Origin: an uncultured Acetobacteraceae bacterium
GTDB taxonomy: Bacteria; Pseudomonadota; Alphaproteobacteria; Acetobacterales; Acetobacteraceae
DNA: 64,000 bases
Assembly: GCA_964247755.1 (NCBI GenBank)
Contig: CAXTVX010000006.1
Location: forward strand, 8,022 to 72,021
Reading direction: 5' to 3'
Part shown: piece by piece, positions 1 through 11,881 of the stretch
Layout: every line of letters begins with the position of its first letter
How positions within the stretch are numbered: position 1 is the first letter of the stretch
Notes under the pieces: generated by a model
Database searches by the model: none
Told to the model about the DNA's origin: nothing
What the model saw: only the letters and a program-made list of their open reading frames with translations
Program-made: the position numbers and the translations under genes

Positions 1-79
1 CAGGATCGGACGGTCCCAGTTCGGGCGGGCCCAGGTCAGGCGGAAACGGCGGCGCCGGTGGCTCGGGGATGTCGCTCAA
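1..79 (-). CDS. Possible N-terminus of a gene running off the left edge ([26 protein letters not shown]...)
   Basis: TTG at 79-77 opens a Pro-rich frame that stays open to the window edge, downstream of ssb. gyrA often follows ssb in Alphaproteobacteria, but no diagnostic motif is visible. Confidence 0.3.
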   Translation of the reverse strand, partial: MSDIPEPPAPPFPPDLGPPELGPSDP

Positions 80-239
80 CAGGAAATCCGTCAGTCGGGC
101 GCCGGATCACGGCGGCCGAAGCGCTCGGCGCCGGCTGCCTGGTCAGGCGCGCAAGGAAACACGGCGCCGCTTCATGCGCACCGCGGCGCGCAGACTAGCA
201 CGCGTGCCGCCATCGCGGAAACATGCGGCGCCGAAGGCG

Positions 240-794
240 CTAGAACGGGATCTCGTCGTCCAGGTCGTTGCCGGACGGCTCCCAGCCACCGCTGCCGCCG
301 CCGCCCTGGCCTCCTTGGCCGCCGCCGGACGGTGCCCGTGCACCGCCACGCGGCGCGCCGGTCGCCTTCGCGGCGCCGCTGTAGTTCCCGCCGCTGCTGC
401 TGCCGCCATAGCCGGCCTCGCCGCCGGCTTCCTCACCGCCGCGGCCGGAGTCGAGCAGGGTCAGCTCGCCGCGGAACCGGTCGATCACCACCTCGGTGGT
501 GTACTTTTCCTGTCCCGACTGGTCGGTCCACTTGCGTGTCTGCAGCGAGCCCTCGACGTAGACCTTCTTGCCCTTGCGGCAGTAGCGCTCGACCACGTCG
601 GCGATGCGCTCGTTGAACACCACCACGCGATGCCACTCGGTCTTCTCGCGCCGCTCGCCGGAGCCCTTGTCGTTCCAGGTCTCGCTGGTCGCCAGGGTGA
701 AGTTGACGATCTTGGTCCCGTTCTGGGCATTCCGGACCTCCGGATCCTTTCCCAGGTTCCCGACCAGGATCACCTTGTTGACGCTGCCGGCCAT
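240..794 (-). CDS. ssb: Single-stranded DNA-binding protein
   Basis: [23 protein letters not shown]-fold, Gly-rich linker, acidic tail DLDDEIPF. Confidence 0.98.
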   Translation of the reverse strand: MAGSVNKVILVGNLGKDPEVRNAQNGTKIVNFTLATSETWNDKGSGERREKTEWHRVVVFNERIADVVERYCRKGKKVYVEGSLQTRKWTDQSGQEKYTTEVVIDRFRGELTLLDSGRGGEEAGGEAGYGGSSSGGNYSGAAKATGAPRGGARAPSGGGQGGQGGGGSGGWEPSGNDLDDEIPF

Positions 795-899
795 CGCAAC
801 TTCCTGTTCCGCTCCCGGATCCGCCCATGTGCGGCGCCGGCGTCCATCATGTGGGGTCGCAGCCCCTTACCTACGCGCCGTACCATGACGGCGGAATAC

Positions 900-914
900 G
901 AACATAGTATGAAC
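900..914. promoter_or_regulatory. LexA (SOS) box, alphaproteobacterial type
   Basis: GAAC-ATAGTAT-GAAC is an exact GAAC-N7-GAAC repeat between divergent ssb and uvrA. Confidence 0.85.
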
Positions 915-947
915 AGGAGGAACCGCTTGGCAAAGAGGAGCCCGGAC

Positions 948-3842
<2,895 letters not shown>

Positions 3843-3876
3843 GCGTTGGAGGCGGCATCCGAACAGGAGTCTCCCC

Positions 3877-4755
3877 ATGCCGGACCAGCCCCAGACCGTC
3901 GGCTTCATCGGCTATGGCGCCATGGCCGTGCTCATGGCCACGCATGTCCGTGCGGCCGGTTACCGTACGATCGCCTACACGCCGTCCGCCAAGGGCGGCG
4001 AGGCGGCAGACGGCTCCGCCATGCTGCCATCGCCGCGGGCGCTGGCCGAGGCGAGCGACATCGTCCTGGTGTCGGTGCCGAACGACGACGCGCTGGCGGC
4101 CTCCGCCTATGGCGAGGACGGCTTCCTACGTGGGCTGAAGCAGGGCGGCTTGGTGATCAACACCAGCTCGGTGTCGCCGGACGCCTCGCGCCGGCTGGCT
4201 GTGACAGGCGGGGAGCGGCAACTCGCCGTGCTCGACGCGCCCGTGTCCGGCAGCACCCCGGAAGCCAAGGCAGGTGAGCTGGTGGTGCTGGTGGGTGGCG
4301 ACGCGGCCGACGTGGCGCGGGCCAAGCCGATCCTGGACGCGATCGGCAAGAAAACGGTGCATGTCGGCCCGTCCGGACAGGGCTCCACCGTCAAGCTCGT
4401 GGTCAACGGCATCATGGTATCCAGCATGGCGGTGATCGCCGAGGCGGTGTCCTACGGGGTGGCGGCCGGGCTTGACCGCGACGCGCTGCTGCAGACGCTG
4501 GACGGGGTCGCGGTGATCTCGCCGCACCACAAGCACAAGCTCGCGGCGGCCGGTGGCGGGGACATCGCAGCGCAGTTCCCGGCCTGGCTCGCGCACAAGG
4601 ATCTCGGCCTGCTGCTGGCCGATGCGGCGGCGCATGGCGTGCCGGTGCCGGCCAACGCCGCCGCGACGCAGCTCATGTCCCTCACCACCCGCAGCCACGG
4701 CAAGGACGACTATTCTGCCGTGCTTCCAGTCACGGAAGCCCTGGGCGGCGGCTGA
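3877..4755 (+). CDS. NAD(P)-dependent oxidoreductase, 3-hydroxyisobutyrate dehydrogenase family
   Basis: VGFIGYGAMA Rossmann motif, LDAPVSGS, GQGSTVKLVVN, KDLGL. Confidence 0.9.
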   Translation: MPDQPQTVGFIGYGAMAVLMATHVRAAGYRTIAYTPSAKGGEAADGSAMLPSPRALAEASDIVLVSVPNDDALAASAYGEDGFLRGLKQGGLVINTSSVSPDASRRLAVTGGERQLAVLDAPVSGSTPEAKAGELVVLVGGDAADVARAKPILDAIGKKTVHVGPSGQGSTVKLVVNGIMVSSMAVIAEAVSYGVAAGLDRDALLQTLDGVAVISPHHKHKLAAAGGGDIAAQFPAWLAHKDLGLLLADAAAHGVPVPANAAATQLMSLTTRSHGKDDYSAVLPVTEALGGG

Positions 4756-4764
4756 CCGGGTCTC

Positions 4765-5613
4765 CTAATGCTCCAGGAACGCGGCGAAGGCGGCCGCGTG
4801 GTCAGGGTGCCAGCGTGACAGCGGCGGCCGGTTCTCGACGAGGTCGCCGGCTGCCCACAGGATGCGCTTTTCGTCCAGCGCACGTGTGACGTCGTTGTCC
4901 GGACACAGGATGTAGAAGTCGCCGTGCCCGAGGCGCTCCAGCATGAAGTCGACCGTCTGCTCCGGGGTCCAGGCGGCGGCCGGCTTCTCGGTGCGCCCGT
5001 TCGCGGTGAGCGGGGTGAACACGAAGCCCGGGATCAGCAGGTGCGCCGTCACCGTGCAGCCCGGGCGGTTGCGCAGGTCGTGTTGCACCGCTTCCGCGAA
5101 CGCCTTCACCCCGGCCTTGGCGACGTTGTAGGCGGGATCGCCCGGCGGCGTGGTGATGCCCTGCTTGGAGCCGGTGATCACGACCAGTCCGGGGCCACCC
5201 GCCGACAGCAGGCCGGGCAGGAACGCGTGGACGGTGTCGATCACGCCGTGGAGGTTGACCTGCAGGATCCTGGTCCAGCTGTCCCCGTCGCCGAGAATGG
5301 CGCTTCCAGGCTGCACCGCCGCGTTGGCCATCACCACGTCGACCCGACCGAACCGGCTGGACACCGCGTCCACCAGCGCCGCCAGCGAGGCACGCGAGGA
5401 AACATCGGTCGCGACGGCCTGCACCGCCTCGGCGCCGCGCGGCGAGCCGGCAGCAACGGTTGCCGCCGCCGCCGCCAGCGTGGCTCCGGGCCGGTCGGCG
5501 ATGACCACGGACAAACCCATCGCGGCGAAGCGTCGACAGGCTGCGAGGCCGATGCCGGACGCACCGCCGGTCACGACCGCCACGTGAAGCGGCTTCAACG
5601 CGTCTGCACCCAT
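4765..5613 (-). CDS. Short-chain dehydrogenase/reductase
   Basis: VVTGGASGIG, MANAA, YNVAK catalytic YxxxK. Confidence 0.9.
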   Translation of the reverse strand: MGADALKPLHVAVVTGGASGIGLAACRRFAAMGLSVVIADRPGATLAAAAATVAAGSPRGAEAVQAVATDVSSRASLAALVDAVSSRFGRVDVVMANAAVQPGSAILGDGDSWTRILQVNLHGVIDTVHAFLPGLLSAGGPGLVVITGSKQGITTPPGDPAYNVAKAGVKAFAEAVQHDLRNRPGCTVTAHLLIPGFVFTPLTANGRTEKPAAAWTPEQTVDFMLERLGHGDFYILCPDNDVTRALDEKRILWAAGDLVENRPPLSRWHPDHAAAFAAFLEH

Positions 5614-5752
5614 CGGCTTGTCCTCGCAACGTCGTCTGGCGCTGATGTAGCAGCCCGTTGCACCAGAGGTGAACGACCGGATGGCCGATGATCATCTCGT
5701 TCCGGCGATGCTCCGGCCGTCGGTCAGGCCGGCCGGAAACCTCCGCCGGCTG

Positions 5753-6583
5753 TCAGGCAGGCAGCATCGAGGCAGCCAGCACCGCGAAACGGTCTCCGAG
5801 GCCGCGATCGCGCGGCGCGTGCGAAGACGTCCCGCCATCCCGCGTCAGGTCGCGCCGCGCCAGGACCAGCGGCAGCAGCGCCACGCGTTGGGCGCCACGC
5901 AACGGGGGGCCGTCCGCTTCGCGCAGGAATGCATCCCCTTCCCGCTTCAGCGCGTCGCGCAGCTCCGGCAGCGCCGCCGCATCCTGCGCCAGCCGCTCCT
6001 GCGACGTCCCGGCCTGGTCCAGCATCTCCTCCGGCATCGGGCATCGTCCCGACGCCAGGATCGCCGGTAGGTGCCGGCGTAGCGCCCCGGTGCCATAGGC
6101 CGCCCCCACAGCCGCCAGCCTGTTCTCGTGTTCGGGCGCGATCCCGAGCACCTGGCCGATCGCCTGCTGCACGCCGCCGGCACCCGACCTCATGGCCGAC
6201 CGCCATTCCGCCAGCGCCCACATCCCCTCCGCTTCCGACTCACGGGCTGAGACCAGCCCGAGCAGCGTGTCCGGCCGCACCGCCCCGTCGTCGAGCAGCG
6301 TGCGCAGCCGGGTGGCCACCGGCTGCGCACGCCAGTCGTTCCGCCGGCCTTCCACCACCTCGCGCCACCATTGCAGCCGGATCAGGGCGGCGATCGGCCC
6401 GCTGCCGGACCGCGACGACGGCAACTCGAGCGCCCGGACCAGCTCGTGGTTGAAGGCGATCAGCGTGAACAGCGCTTCGCGCTTCGCCGCCGGCGCCGGC
6501 AGCGCGGTCAGGAACCGGTCGGGATCGACGCGCCGCGCCAACGCGGCGCCGGAACCGGATCCTGCCTTGTCATCTTTGGACAT
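5753..6583 (-). CDS. Squalene/phytoene synthase family protein (NDUFAF6-like)
   Basis: DPDRFLTAL...LIAFNHEL...IRLQWWRE pattern; start re-called at ATG 6583. Confidence 0.8.
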   Translation of the reverse strand: MSKDDKAGSGSGAALARRVDPDRFLTALPAPAAKREALFTLIAFNHELVRALELPSSRSGSGPIAALIRLQWWREVVEGRRNDWRAQPVATRLRTLLDDGAVRPDTLLGLVSARESEAEGMWALAEWRSAMRSGAGGVQQAIGQVLGIAPEHENRLAAVGAAYGTGALRRHLPAILASGRCPMPEEMLDQAGTSQERLAQDAAALPELRDALKREGDAFLREADGPPLRGAQRVALLPLVLARRDLTRDGGTSSHAPRDRGLGDRFAVLAASMLPA

Positions 6584-6680
6584 GGCGCCCAGATGGAGCC
6601 GACTTGGCGGCGCAGCAAGCTGCGAAGGCAAGCGGTCGTTGGCCGCGCCGCGGCCAAGCAACCTTTGAGGAGAACATCCC

Positions 6681-7289
6681 ATGGCCTTCGAACTGCCGCC
6701 GCTGCCCTATCCTCCGAACGCCCTCGCCGCGCGCGGCATGTGCCAGCAGACGCTGGAGCTGCATCACGGCAAGCACCACCAGGCCTATGTGACCGCCCTG
6801 AACGGCTTCGTCGAGAAGAACGAGGCGCTGCAGGGGAAGTCGCTGGACGAGATCGTGACGCTCAGCCACGGCAAGCCGGACATGGCGCCGGTGTTCAACA
6901 ATGCCGGGCAGCACTGGAACCACATCCTGTTCTGGCAGGGCCTGTCGCCGAACGGCGGCGCGATCCCGGACAGCCTCGAGAGCAAGATCGTCGCCGATTT
7001 CGGTAGCGTCGACGCGTTCAAGGACGCGTTCAAGACTGCTGCCACCACCCAGTTCGGCTCCGGCTGGGCCTGGCTGGTGGTGGGCACGGACGGCAAGCTC
7101 AAGGTGACCAAGACGCCGAACGGCTCAAACCCCTTGGCTGAGGATGCCGGTCGGCCGCTGCTCGGGCTCGACGTCTGGGAGCACTCCTACTACCTCGACT
7201 TCCAGAACCGCCGTCCGGACTACGTGACCAACTTCCTCGACAAGCTGGCCAATTACGAGTTCGCCGATGCCCAGCTCAAGGCGGCCTGA
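6681..7289 (+). CDS. sodB: Superoxide dismutase, Fe/Mn family (Fe-type residues)
   Basis: LHHGKHHQAY, FNNAGQHWNH, QFGSGWAW, DVWEHSYY. Confidence 0.95.
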   Translation: MAFELPPLPYPPNALAARGMCQQTLELHHGKHHQAYVTALNGFVEKNEALQGKSLDEIVTLSHGKPDMAPVFNNAGQHWNHILFWQGLSPNGGAIPDSLESKIVADFGSVDAFKDAFKTAATTQFGSGWAWLVVGTDGKLKVTKTPNGSNPLAEDAGRPLLGLDVWEHSYYLDFQNRRPDYVTNFLDKLANYEFADAQLKAA

Positions 7290-7310
7290 CCGCAATCGCG
7301 GGGCCAGCGC

Positions 7311-8276
7311 CTAGAACAGCAGGCCCTTGCGCAGCATGCCGTGGATGCCCTTCTCGCCGTTCACGGTCTGGGTCACGCGGAAGTCGACAGCCAGCGAGCA
7401 GGTCTGGTAGGCCTGCTCGCGCGACAGGGAAGTGCGGGCGCAGATCATAACGATCATCTCCCGCAGCGCCTGCTTCATCGCCTGGTCCAAGTCCTCGTTC
7501 AGGCCCATCGTGATCCAGTGGGTCGGCGTCTCGGCGCGTGGCATGCGCAGCAGCGGCGCTTCCGAACTGCCCCTGTGCAGCAGGAGCGTGAAGCGACCGT
7601 TCAGGCACATCTCCAGGGCGTTGATGCAGACCTCGCCGTCACCCTGCAACCCATGCCCGTCGCCGGCGGAGAAGTTGGCGCCGGGCACCAGCACCGGCAG
7701 GAACAGCGTGCTGCCGGCGACCAGCTCCTTGTTGTCCAGGTTGCCGCCGAACTGGCGCGGCTCCCGGCTCGATAGCCGGCCGTGACCAGCCGGCGGCGCC
7801 ACGCCCATGATCCCGAAGAACGGCGACAGCGCGAGCTCCGTTCCCCAGGGCAGGCGGCAGGTGCCGCGATCACGGTCCACCGGGATGTGGCTCAGGAAGC
7901 GAGTTGGGAAGTCCTCCGGGAGGGTGCCTGCCAGGGGCCGGAAGCCGCAGTAGCCCCAGTCTGCGGCCGGCTCCACCGCCTCGATCCGCACCTCCAGCAT
8001 GTCCCCGGGCTCCGCCCCGCGGACCGCCACCGGCCCGGTCAGGATGTGGCTGCTGACACGCGCCAGTCCGGCGGCGTGGATCGCCTGCAGCGCCGGCGGG
8101 ATCGGGAAGCCGGTTGCGTTCCGCGGCATCACGTCCAGCCCGCCGGACAGGCACTCCATCGTGATCGTGTCGCCGGGTTCCACCGTCAGCACCGGCGGGA
8201 TGGCGGCGTCGAACACCCCGAACTGGAGCGTCTGCGTCGTGGCGGCGACGTGGTGGGTGATGGCTGCCTGCTCCAT
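7311..8276 (-). CDS. Acetamidase/formamidase family protein
   Basis: HILTGPVAVRGAEPGDMLEV, PFFGIMGVAP, GGNLDNKEL, GDGHGLQGDGEV; start re-called at ATG 8276. Confidence 0.9.
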   Translation of the reverse strand: MEQAAITHHVAATTQTLQFGVFDAAIPPVLTVEPGDTITMECLSGGLDVMPRNATGFPIPPALQAIHAAGLARVSSHILTGPVAVRGAEPGDMLEVRIEAVEPAADWGYCGFRPLAGTLPEDFPTRFLSHIPVDRDRGTCRLPWGTELALSPFFGIMGVAPPAGHGRLSSREPRQFGGNLDNKELVAGSTLFLPVLVPGANFSAGDGHGLQGDGEVCINALEMCLNGRFTLLLHRGSSEAPLLRMPRAETPTHWITMGLNEDLDQAMKQALREMIVMICARTSLSREQAYQTCSLAVDFRVTQTVNGEKGIHGMLRKGLLF

Positions 8277-8471
8277 GAACCGTTCTCCTTGCGCGACGCC
8301 CGACGAGCCGCCTGCTGTGCCGGCCCAAGCGGCCGCAGGACGCGATGGTTCGGCAGGGTGTCGTTCGGAAGACGAAGCAAATTGCCGGACGAGGCAAATC
8401 CGGGCCATACGCGACGTTGTGCTGCAGCAGACCCGGAAGCCCCGGACCTCCATTTGCCCGAAGGACGCCCG

Positions 8472-9578
8472 ATGAACCAGGTCTTTCCCCCTGCTCCGTC
8501 GCCCGAGTTGAAGGCGGACCAGCAGACCCGGTCGCAGCAGGTGGCGCGCAGCGTCCTCGGCGGCGTCCTGGTGTTGCTCGGCCTGTTCACGCTGCGCGAC
8601 TTCCTGCCGGCGCTGGCCTGGGCGGTGATCTTCGCCATCGCCACTTGGCCGCTCTACGGGCGTGCCAAACGCCGCTGGCCGCCGGGCAGGCACAACCTCC
8701 TCCTGCCGCTCCTGTTCACCGCCATGATCGCGCTGGTGTTCCTGATCCCGATCTCGCTGATCGCGTTCGAGGCAGCACGGGAGGCGCAGGGCGTGCTGAG
8801 CTGGGTGGAGCATGCGCGCCATACCGGCGTGCCGGTGCCGAGCTGGGTGCACCGCCTGCCGATCGAGAGCGATGCCGCTGCATCATGGTGGCAGCAGCAC
8901 CTGTCCACCCCGGACGACGCGTCCGACCTGTTCACCTCGATACGCGCCGGCGGCAACCTGCGCATGACCCGCGAGCTCGGCAGCCAGGTCGCGCATCGCA
9001 GCACGCTGTTCGCCTTCAGCATCATCACCTTGTTCTTCCTGTTCCGCGAGGGCGAGACGGTGATCAGGCAGATGCTGGTGGCCAGCCGCCGCGCCTTCGG
9101 GGCACGCGGCGAGCGAATCGGCCGGCAGATGGTGGCATCGGTGCATGGCACCGTCGACGGGCTGGTGCTGGTGGGGCTCGGCGAGGGCTTCCTGCTGGGC
9201 GTCGCCTATGCCGTCGCCGGCACTCCGCATCCGACCCTGTTCGGCGTGCTCACCGCAGTCGCCGCCATGATCCCGTTCTGTGCCGTCATCGCGATCGGAC
9301 TCGCCTCGGCGCTGGTGCTGGCACAAGGCTCCACCGTCGCTGCAATCGCGCTGTTCGTGTTCGGCATGATCGTGGTGTTCGCCTCCGACCACTTCGTACG
9401 GCCGGTGCTGATCGGCGGCGCCACCAAGCTACCGTTCCTGTGGGTGCTGCTCGGCATCCTGGGCGGCGTAGAGGTCTGGGGCCTGCTGGGCCTGTTCCTC
9501 GGACCGGCCATCATGGCAGCCCTCATCCTGCTGTGGCGCGAATGGACCGCTCCAGGCGAAGCGCTGCAGGATGCCTGA
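8472..9578 (+). CDS. AI-2E family transporter
   Basis: Multi-TM protein with DHFVRPVLIGG and LGLFLGPAIMA; start at ATG 8472 after AAGGA. Confidence 0.9.
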   Translation: MNQVFPPAPSPELKADQQTRSQQVARSVLGGVLVLLGLFTLRDFLPALAWAVIFAIATWPLYGRAKRRWPPGRHNLLLPLLFTAMIALVFLIPISLIAFEAAREAQGVLSWVEHARHTGVPVPSWVHRLPIESDAAASWWQQHLSTPDDASDLFTSIRAGGNLRMTRELGSQVAHRSTLFAFSIITLFFLFREGETVIRQMLVASRRAFGARGERIGRQMVASVHGTVDGLVLVGLGEGFLLGVAYAVAGTPHPTLFGVLTAVAAMIPFCAVIAIGLASALVLAQGSTVAAIALFVFGMIVVFASDHFVRPVLIGGATKLPFLWVLLGILGGVEVWGLLGLFLGPAIMAALILLWREWTAPGEALQDA

Positions 9579-9587
9579 ACGGTTCGA

Positions 9588-9664
9588 TGGTCGGGCAGGC
9601 GGGATTCGAACCCACGACCCCCAGTCCCCCAGACTGATGCGCTACCAGGCTGCGCTACTGCCCG
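9588..9664 (-). tRNA. tRNA-Pro(GGG)
   Basis: Minus strand CGGGCAGTAGCGCAGCCTGGTAGCGCA-TCAGT-CTGGGGG-ACTGG...GGTTCGAATCC-CGCCTGCCCGACCA; cloverleaf, anticodon GGG, encoded CCA. Confidence 0.97.
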
Positions 9665-9683
9665 CTTGCCGTTCGGCAGGCGG

Positions 9684-9712
9684 GATGTAGCAGTCTGCTT
9701 CGGGAACCGCAA
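9684..9712 (-). promoter_or_regulatory. Probable sigma70 promoter of tRNA-Pro
   Basis: TTGCGG-N17-TACATC followed by a GC-rich discriminator. Confidence 0.55.
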
Positions 9713-9747
9713 TCGGCGGCAGCCGGTACCTATGCCGGTAGGAGGGC

Positions 9748-10326
9748 CTAGTTCTGCAGGCGCTCGCGGATCAGCTCGAGTTCGCCCAGCACCGTGATCA
9801 GCGCGTGGCGCAGGCGACGCACCTCGGTTTCCAGCTCGTCCGCCTCGACCATCGGTGGACGGAGCGAGAGCTCCGTCTCGTCCGGGTCCGGCGGTGCGGG
9901 GATGTGCTCCACGGAGGCGGGCGGTAGTGCCGGATCGTCGTCGCCGCGGTCGGCCACGTCCGGCGGCGGCAGGTCGCCGGACAAGGTGCCGTCGCCCTCC
10001 CGCAACAGGCGCTGCACGCCCTTGATGGTGTAGCCCTGGATGTAGAGCAGGTCGGAGATGCGGCGCAGCAGGGCGATGTCGTCGGGCCGGTAGTAGCGCC
10101 GGCCGCCGCCCCGTTTCAGCGGCTTGACCTGGGGGAACCTCGTCTCCCAGAACCGCAGCACGTGCTGCGGGATGTGAAGGTCGTCTGCGACCTCACTGAT
10201 GGTGCGGAAGGCGGACGGGCTTTTCTTCGGACGGCCGATGCGGTCTGACGATGCGTCGCGCGGCTCCTCGTCCTGCCCGAACCCGTCCTCGTCTGGCTCG
10301 GACCCCCAGCCGCTGCCCTGGCTCAT
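9748..10326 (-). CDS. MerR family transcriptional regulator
   Basis: [25 protein letters not shown]...RRYYRPDD; conserved position after ihfA. Confidence 0.93.
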   Translation of the reverse strand: MSQGSGWGSEPDEDGFGQDEEPRDASSDRIGRPKKSPSAFRTISEVADDLHIPQHVLRFWETRFPQVKPLKRGGGRRYYRPDDIALLRRISDLLYIQGYTIKGVQRLLREGDGTLSGDLPPPDVADRGDDDPALPPASVEHIPAPPDPDETELSLRPPMVEADELETEVRRLRHALITVLGELELIRERLQN

Positions 10327-10637
10327 GCGGCATCATCCTCGCCGGTCGGCTCGTGTCCATTGACACGCGCCTTCAGCACCTGGCTGGGGCGGAACACCAG
10401 CACCGAGCGGGGCAGGATCGGCACCTCCAGGCCGGTCTTGGGGTTGCGGCCAATCCGACGCCCCTTCTGCCTGACAGAGAAGGTGCCGAAGCCGCTGATC
10501 TTGACCGGATCCCCCGCAGCGAGGGCAAGTGCCAGCTGCTCCAGTACCGCTTCCAGCAAAGCCGCCGACTCGTTCCGCGACAGGCCCACCTGGGTGTAGA
10601 TGTGCTCCGCCAGGCTGGCTCTGGTCACGGTACTCAT
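10323..10637 (-). CDS. ihfA: Integration host factor subunit alpha
   Basis: [25 protein letters not shown]; start at ATG 10637. Confidence 0.95.
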   Translation of the reverse strand: MSTVTRASLAEHIYTQVGLSRNESAALLEAVLEQLALALAAGDPVKISGFGTFSVRQKGRRIGRNPKTGLEVPILPRSVLVFRPSQVLKARVNGHEPTGEDDAA

Positions 10638-10643
10638 GACGCG

Positions 10644-10672
10644 ACCGTAAGCAAGGCTGCAACAGCCGTCAA
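10644..10672 (-). promoter_or_regulatory. Probable sigma70 promoter of ihfA (leaderless geometry)
   Basis: TTGACG-N17-TACGGT-N6-ATG, no Shine-Dalgarno. Confidence 0.55.
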
Positions 10673-10849
10673 ACCAACGTTTATCCTCGCGCATGCTCTT
10701 CCGGACTGTGAGCGGACGTAAGCAAGAACATGTTTCTGCTAGACAAACTTGCATAGATGGTACGCGAGCGGACCGATCGGCGGCGGCATCCGGCAGTGTC
10801 CGTGGGTGCGTCCACCCCGAGGTGTCTCCCGGACGCTACAGCCAGGCAG

Positions 10850-11812
10850 CTACACACGCAGCAGTGCCGAACCCCAGGTGAGGCCGCCGCCGAGCGCTTC
10901 CATCAGCACCAGGTCGCCTGGTCGGATGCGGCCATCGCCGACCGCCTCGGCGAAGGCAAGCGGGATGGAGGCCGCCGAGGTGTTGGCATGACGGTCCACC
11001 GTGACCACCACCCGTTCTGGTGGCAGGCCCAGCTTGCGGCCGATCCCGTCGATGATCCGCTTGTTGGCCTGGTGCGGCACCAGCCAGTCCACGTCGGCAT
11101 AGACGAGCCCGTTGGCCGCCAGTGCCTCATCCACCGCCCCGGCCAGCTTGGACACCGCGTGGCGGAAGATCTCGCGGCCGTTCATCCGCAGGTGACCTGT
11201 CGCCTCGTCCCGGCCGGCCCAGCCGTCGACATACAGCAGGTCGCCGGTGCTTCCTTCCGAATGCAGGTGGGTCGACAGCAGCCCGGGTCCGTCCGCCGGT
11301 CCCGCCCGCAGCACCACAGCGCCTGCGCCGTCGCCGAACAGCACGCAGGTGGCGCGGTCGTGCCAGTCCAGCAGGCGCGAGAACACCTCCGCCCCTATGA
11401 CGAGCACGGTACGGGCCTGACCGGAGCGGATCAGCGCGTCGGCCATCGACAAGGCGTAGATGAAGCCGCTGCAGGCCGCGGACAGGTCGAAGGCGAAGCC
11501 GCCGGTCATGCCCAGCGCCGCCTGCACGCGCACCGCGGTTGCGGGAAACGCCTGGTCCGGGGTGCTGGTGGCCAGCAGCACCGCGTCGACCTGCTGCGCC
11601 TCCACCCCGGCGGCCGACAGCGCCGCACGGGACGCGGCGGCGGCCATGAAGGCGCAGGTCTCGTGCGAACCCGCCAGGTAGCGCTGGCCGATGCCGGTGC
11701 GCTCGCGGATCCACGCATCCGAGGTGTCGATCCGGGAGGCGAGCTCGTCGTTGCTGACGACCCGTTCCGGAAGATAGGTGCCGGCGCCGAGAAAGGTGGA
11801 GCGGAACGACAT
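10850..11812 (-). CDS. fabH: 3-oxoacyl-ACP synthase III
   Basis: DLSAACSGF, LFGDGAGA, VPHQAN, HANTSAAS, GGGLTWG; start at ATG 11812. Confidence 0.97.
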   Translation of the reverse strand: MSFRSTFLGAGTYLPERVVSNDELASRIDTSDAWIRERTGIGQRYLAGSHETCAFMAAAASRAALSAAGVEAQQVDAVLLATSTPDQAFPATAVRVQAALGMTGGFAFDLSAACSGFIYALSMADALIRSGQARTVLVIGAEVFSRLLDWHDRATCVLFGDGAGAVVLRAGPADGPGLLSTHLHSEGSTGDLLYVDGWAGRDEATGHLRMNGREIFRHAVSKLAGAVDEALAANGLVYADVDWLVPHQANKRIIDGIGRKLGLPPERVVVTVDRHANTSAASIPLAFAEAVGDGRIRPGDLVLMEALGGGLTWGSALLRV

Positions 11813-11881
11813 GGAGGTCCGTCGGTTCGTTGTGCGGCTGTCGAGGAGCGGCTGTGGCGTGAACCCCTGCCGCGGCGGCAT

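Noticed and set aside
9594-9686. 12-bp repeat GGCAGGCGGGAT at the tRNA-Pro 3' end (9594-9605) and at 9675-9686, as a possible att site
   Set aside because: The second copy is on the 5' side of the tRNA, overlapping its promoter -10/discriminator; no integrase nearby and no distal copy noticed
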